Origin: Candidatus Melainabacteria bacterium 17Bon1m
Lineage (GTDB): Bacteria > Cyanobacteriota > Vampirovibrionia > Obscuribacterales > Obscuribacteraceae
NCBI GenBank assembly: GCA_032128875.1
Contig: JAVLKG010000013.1
Coordinates: 32,001-96,000, forward strand
Reading direction: 5' to 3'
Length of the DNA stretch: 64,000 bases
Below the pieces are notes generated by a model. It was not told the origin of the DNA. It did not search any database and was given only the letters and a program-made list of their open reading frames with translations. Below are positions 59,713 through 64,000 of the stretch, in pieces. The position numbers and the translations under genes were made by a program. Numbering within the stretch: position 1 is the stretch's first letter; each line of letters opens with the position of its first letter.

Positions 59713-60927
59713 GCGATGTAGAGACGCGTGAAAAACACTCAGCGCGTGCATGGTTGTCAAAGTCGGAAAAACGGGCGCGGGTGAAAACCGTTACGGGCTG
59801 TCAATATGTGCTCATTCTGCGAGATCAAAGACATCCCCAAATTCATTTTCGCTGACTATAGCTTCTAAGTGCTAAAACCACGGGCGCACGATTTGACGTA
59901 TAGCTCAGTTTCGATAAGCACCTCGATTCCAGATCTTCTTCAAGAATAAGAGAGCTCGCTTTTCTGTTAAGCCTCTGCGCTAGTCGAGCGATTGGTTGCG
60001 AGTGAAGCTCTGAAACCTTTGTAGATCAAGGATTTAGCTCGAACGATCCGAAGTGATTTCGACGGTGTTAGGGCCGTTTTTAAATCCGAGTCGATTCAGA
60101 TTTTGAACGGAAATTTTTCGAGGGCAGTCCAGATTTTTTTGAATTCGCTCGGGACAAAATTGCGAGCATATTCAAAAATGCTGCATGAAGAACTTGTGGT
60201 CTAGCCGGTTTTTGTTTGTTGTCGTAAGAAGCTGTTATGGAAAACGCTATTCAGCTGAGCGAAGACACAGTGTTGATGCTGGTCTGTGAAGGGTGCTGGA
60301 ATCTGCGATGAAAATTTTTGCCATGAGAGTTTCAAATCGGAAAAGGCATACACCATCTTTCCGTAAAAGCTTATTTGATTGTCCCGCCACAGCGTCGTTC
60401 CAGACTTACTAACGTTTCTGCTTTGACAAAATGCCGCTTGGTGCAAGGGAGTATATGCAGAGCGCATAAATGATCAGTCGCAGAACCAATCGCTGTCGAC
60501 TTATGCTCTCATAGCCCGCAACCCTTAAGCAATTTTCCATTGTCAGCTCATTGAAATCATGCCCGAGGCACATTGGATGAGCTTAATGTGCTGCTTTGCA
60601 AGCCAAAACCCGCATAAATACTTGGTTGCCAAGTGCATTTAATTTCGACGTTACAGCTCTGCGAGCATTGGCTGAATCTCATCTCTGCTTTTGGCGCTGA
60701 ACGACAAAAATAGACCCATTCTTTGCTCTAGTGCGGGGTTGCCAAAGATTGCGCGACCCTTGTTGTCATTGGGCGAATTGTTAAGCCCGGCTCATCTTGT
60801 TTTTCTGTCGTAAGCCTTTCGTAGACCGGCTTTGGGTGCATATTTGCCGCATATTCTACGCGAGCTGGCGCAATATGTTAAGCCAATCTAACTCTCCACA
60901 TTTAATCGCACCCTCTGAATTCTAGTG

Positions 60928-60957
60928 TTGATCAGAGCCTCTTTTGATCTGTAGGGT
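60928..60957 (+). promoter_or_regulatory. Putative promoter of the NADAR-EEP-DUF502 unit
   Basis: TTGATC-N18-TAGGGT. Confidence 0.5.
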
Positions 60958-61118
60958 CGGGAAGTCTTCTCATAACCAATTTGATCATCCGTATAGCTAA
61001 CTAACTCAATCTTTTCATTCAGAACTTGCATCTAAAAACACCTCTTCGGGTGAGCAGTTCTGGACCGCGAAGTTGAGTTGGTGGTCGCGCGAGTGGTCAA
61101 TTTCAGAAGGAGGTGCAT

Positions 61119-61592
61119 ATGACCGAAATGGTTTTGAACTGCGGCTCCTCTGAAGAGGAGATCGGCAGATGGATGTCCAACTTGACGCCTGCAGAGTTCA
61201 CGCTCGGCGGCATCAAATGGGCATCAGTCGAAGCTCTGTACATCGCGCTTCGTACGCTCGATGAAGCAGAGCGGATGGAACTGTCGCAACTGAGTGGTCT
61301 TCCGGCTAAGCATCGCGGGCGCAAGCTTCGCAAGCGAGGTCTGGTCACTACGCAGTTCGACGGTCGTTGCTTCGAGCTTGGCTCGCCGCAACATCACGAG
61401 CTCGTGAAGGAGGCTATCAAGGCAAAACTTCTCGCTCATCCACAAAAGTGCGCGGAGTTCGTAGCTACCAGGCCGCGGACAATCGTGCACGAAACCGGGT
61501 TTCCGGAGTCGCGTTTCACTCAACTCCCTGCTGTCGTCTTTTGTCGGATTCTCACAGAACTCCGAGAAGAGCTGCACCAGCTAGTTTCGTGA
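61119..61592 (+). CDS. NADAR superfamily protein (phage Gp30.3/YbiA-like)
   Basis: MSNLTPAEFTLGGIKWASVEALY, AKHRG, AIKAK..H, IVH, ILTELRE; AAGGAGGT RBS. Confidence 0.75.
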   Translation: MTEMVLNCGSSEEEIGRWMSNLTPAEFTLGGIKWASVEALYIALRTLDEAERMELSQLSGLPAKHRGRKLRKRGLVTTQFDGRCFELGSPQHHELVKEAIKAKLLAHPQKCAEFVATRPRTIVHETGFPESRFTQLPAVVFCRILTELREELHQLVS

Positions 61593-61766
61593 GCTAGCTC
61601 CTAACCCAAAGCGACTGAAGTCCTTTCGGGCTCCAGTGTTCATCCGAATTCACCGGAGCGCACTTCGTGCGTTCCATCTTCCGAACTCAAGACTCGCGCT
61701 GCATTCGGCAGTGCGCGTTGTGAGTTGGCTTTATCCGACCGCATAGGTCAGAAGGAGTAACTTACT

Positions 61767-63206
61767 ATGACAAACGACAAGAATCGCAAGTCCCGTGCTC
61801 TCCTGAGCGATACGGGGAATCCGACCGACGAGTACATGCGTCGTGTTCAGCAGCTCACCGACATGGAGTCGGGCAAGCTCGCGAATACGCCGGCGTGGCT
61901 GACGAAGGTCCAAGAAGACGCGGCGGCTCACACCGAGCGCGTCAACGCCGCCAAGGTCGAGCACCCCGACCAGGGCGAAGTCGACTTCGACAGCCTCACT
62001 CCCGAGCAGCTCGCGGAGATGGGCTTCGACGGCAAGGTGTCCGCGGAAGACCTGCTGAAGGAATTCGGCATCTCGAAGCGCACCTCGCTGGGCAAGACGT
62101 TCGACCCGGCCGACTTCGGCATCGAAGAGCTGGACTTCCGCCGTCGCGGTCGCGGTCGCAATCGCGGTCGTGGTCGCAACAGCAACCGCGGTCGTCGCAA
62201 CAACGGCGGCAACGGAGGCCAGGGCGGCAACCCTAACCAGGGCGGTCAGGGGGCTTCGCAGCCTCAGGGCCGCTCCAAGAAGCCGAGCAAGGGCAAGTCG
62301 GGCGGCGGTCGCGGTGGCAAGCAGCTGCCGAAGGCTTCCGACGTCGACACCGTCGTCAACTCGTACCTGAAGGGCCTGAGCGACGCCGGCAAGGATGGCA
62401 ACATCCGCATCGGCGAGTTCAACGCTGAGTTCCTGGATGCGGCGAAGGCCAACGCCTTCATCAATTCCTACTCGGCGATCGCCAAGAAGTTCCACATCAT
62501 CGGCATGATCGAAGTGGACAGCTCGGGTCTGCAGCCCATCGCTGCTGCCTGCGGCTACAAGGCCTACACCTCGGTTGCGAACACTCGTAACCAGGCGGTC
62601 GGCTTCCTGGTGAGCCCGCGCCTGAAGGTGCTGAAGCAGTGGTCGATCGACAGCGTCGCCAGCGTCGGCGGCGTGCCCGACCTGCGTCCGGCGTTCTGCC
62701 TCGACCTCGAAGACACCGTCAGCGGCGTGAAGTTCACTGCCGTCGTGGTGCACATGAAGTCGATGCGCGGCGGTGAGGCCCAGACCGGTCCGATCCGCTA
62801 CAAGCAGTTCGACCTTCTCGTGAAGGGTCTCGGCACGGACGCCGAGGTCGTCGTTCTCGGCGACATGAACTGCAAGTTGCCCGGCACCCCCGACATCAAG
62901 CCGCTCCTCAATGCGGGCTACAAGCTGCTCAACCCGACCAGCACCGTGGCCACGCAGTCGATGGGCAGCCGTATCGACGGGTACTTCTGGCTGGCTCTGC
63001 CCGGCAAGCTCGGCAAGTACGCCGTGCGCGCCATCTTCGAGAACAAGGTGTTCGGTCGCGGCTTCGCGGACCACGCCATCCTGAGCGCAGAGATGCGCCT
63101 GTGTGGTGTGACCGGGTCCAACGACGACTCCTGCTCGACCACGGACGCCAAGGACGGCGCCTTCGGCGATGACCCGAAGGACGACGGCAAGGTCGATCCG
63201 CAGTAA
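61767..63206 (+). CDS. Endonuclease/exonuclease/phosphatase (EEP) family protein with N-terminal acidic and RG/N/Q-rich disordered region
   Basis: IGEFNAE, IGMIEV, VHMKS, LGDMN, RID, ADH motifs; AAGGAG RBS. Confidence 0.85.
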   Translation: MTNDKNRKSRALLSDTGNPTDEYMRRVQQLTDMESGKLANTPAWLTKVQEDAAAHTERVNAAKVEHPDQGEVDFDSLTPEQLAEMGFDGKVSAEDLLKEFGISKRTSLGKTFDPADFGIEELDFRRRGRGRNRGRGRNSNRGRRNNGGNGGQGGNPNQGGQGASQPQGRSKKPSKGKSGGGRGGKQLPKASDVDTVVNSYLKGLSDAGKDGNIRIGEFNAEFLDAAKANAFINSYSAIAKKFHIIGMIEVDSSGLQPIAAACGYKAYTSVANTRNQAVGFLVSPRLKVLKQWSIDSVASVGGVPDLRPAFCLDLEDTVSGVKFTAVVVHMKSMRGGEAQTGPIRYKQFDLLVKGLGTDAEVVVLGDMNCKLPGTPDIKPLLNAGYKLLNPTSTVATQSMGSRIDGYFWLALPGKLGKYAVRAIFENKVFGRGFADHAILSAEMRLCGVTGSNDDSCSTTDAKDGAFGDDPKDDGKVDPQ

Positions 63207-63223
63207 TCAGCGCAGCAACGACT

Positions 63224-63251
63224 GAGAAGCCGGTCTAACAGCCGGCTTCTC
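63224..63251 (+). terminator. Hairpin after the EEP gene
   Basis: GAGAAGCCGG-TCTAACAG-CCGGCTTCTC followed by a pyrimidine run. Confidence 0.5.
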
Positions 63252-63314
63252 TCTCTGCGTTGCGTCACCCTGCGGGGCTGCTTGAGGCGTTCCCAACATG
63301 GAGACTACCTGTCT

Positions 63315-63995
63315 ATGCCTTACCTGAATAAGAAAAACTCTGGCGGGCCTTTGAAGCAGTTCCTTGTGCGGGGACTCGTCATTCTCCTGCCGGGGGCGCT
63401 GACTCTCTGGGCCGTGAACTTCGCGTTCGGAATGGCGGATTCCTGGCTGGGAGCGATGGTCGACGCATGCGTGCGTGCCATCGTACCGGCTGAGTATCTG
63501 ATCGGACCCTTCGCGAACGGCCACATCCCCGGGATGTCGTTCTTCGTGCTTCTCCTGGCGCTCGTCGTCTTCGGCGCGCTCACTTCTTTCGCGGTTGGCG
63601 CCGCGGCTTTCCGTAAGCTGGATGCTGCTATCAGCATGCTGCCCGGAGCCGGCGTCATCTACAAGAGTGTGCGCAAAGTTGGCGACTTGTTCACGGGAGC
63701 GCAAGAGGTTCCGTTCCAGCAAGTTGTCCACATTCCGTTTGCGGGCAACCTGGCTCTCGGCTTCGTCACCGGGCGTGCCGTCGATCGGACCACCGGTCGC
63801 GAGTACGTTCGTGTGGTGGTGCCGACGCCGCCCAATCCGTTTTCCGGCTTCATCCTGACGGTGCCGGAAGAGCAGTGCATCGACGCCGGTATGACTGTCG
63901 AAGAGGGCATGCAGTATTTCATGTCCTTCGGTATGGTCGGACCGGTCGAGATTCGCTTAACACCACCGGACGGCACCAATGGTGGTGGCGAGTAA
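63315..63995 (+). CDS. DUF502 family membrane protein
   Basis: GLVILLP..LT, LPGAGVIYKSVRK, LGFVTG, VPTPPNPFSGF, MTVEEGM. Confidence 0.9.
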   Translation: MPYLNKKNSGGPLKQFLVRGLVILLPGALTLWAVNFAFGMADSWLGAMVDACVRAIVPAEYLIGPFANGHIPGMSFFVLLLALVVFGALTSFAVGAAAFRKLDAAISMLPGAGVIYKSVRKVGDLFTGAQEVPFQQVVHIPFAGNLALGFVTGRAVDRTTGREYVRVVVPTPPNPFSGFILTVPEEQCIDAGMTVEEGMQYFMSFGMVGPVEIRLTPPDGTNGGGE

Positions 63996-64000
63996 CGCAC

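Noticed and set aside
60201-60467. 88-aa ORF in the long intergenic region
   Set aside because: No clear RBS, atypical composition and no recognisable motif.

Overview
Bacterial chromosomal window (~55% GC, mosaic composition) with about 55 protein-coding genes. I found no rRNA, tRNA or CRISPR array. The gene style suggests Melainabacteria/Obscuribacterales, but that is an impression only. Recognisable content in order: end of a DUF58 operon, an S41 protease, a purple-acid-phosphatase-like enzyme, a DHA2 MFS pump, a stand-alone ClpP, an amylo-1,6-glucosidase, a split Aas/PlsC pair, a serpin, an IS1595 transposase, two SAF-domain genes, a putative beta-1,2-glucan cluster (GH144, GH1, discoidin-GH, ABC transporter), YccA, a CoaX-HD fusion, HugZ-like, a NUDX14-like Nudix, an HSL esterase, DHH and HAD phosphatases, and a NADAR/EEP/DUF502 unit. 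The best candidate for an undescribed system is the minus-strand operon at 37785-43332. It encodes a USP-CDF-NifX-like fusion transporter followed by six small membrane-anchored proteins, five of which are built from 12 copies of one ~50-aa beta-rich module. Other notable signals are an IF1-like peptide, a recurrent TTGAnn-N18-TAnGnT promoter class with boxA-like leaders, and GTAG-type REP elements. All family assignments come from motif recognition by eye, not from database searches.
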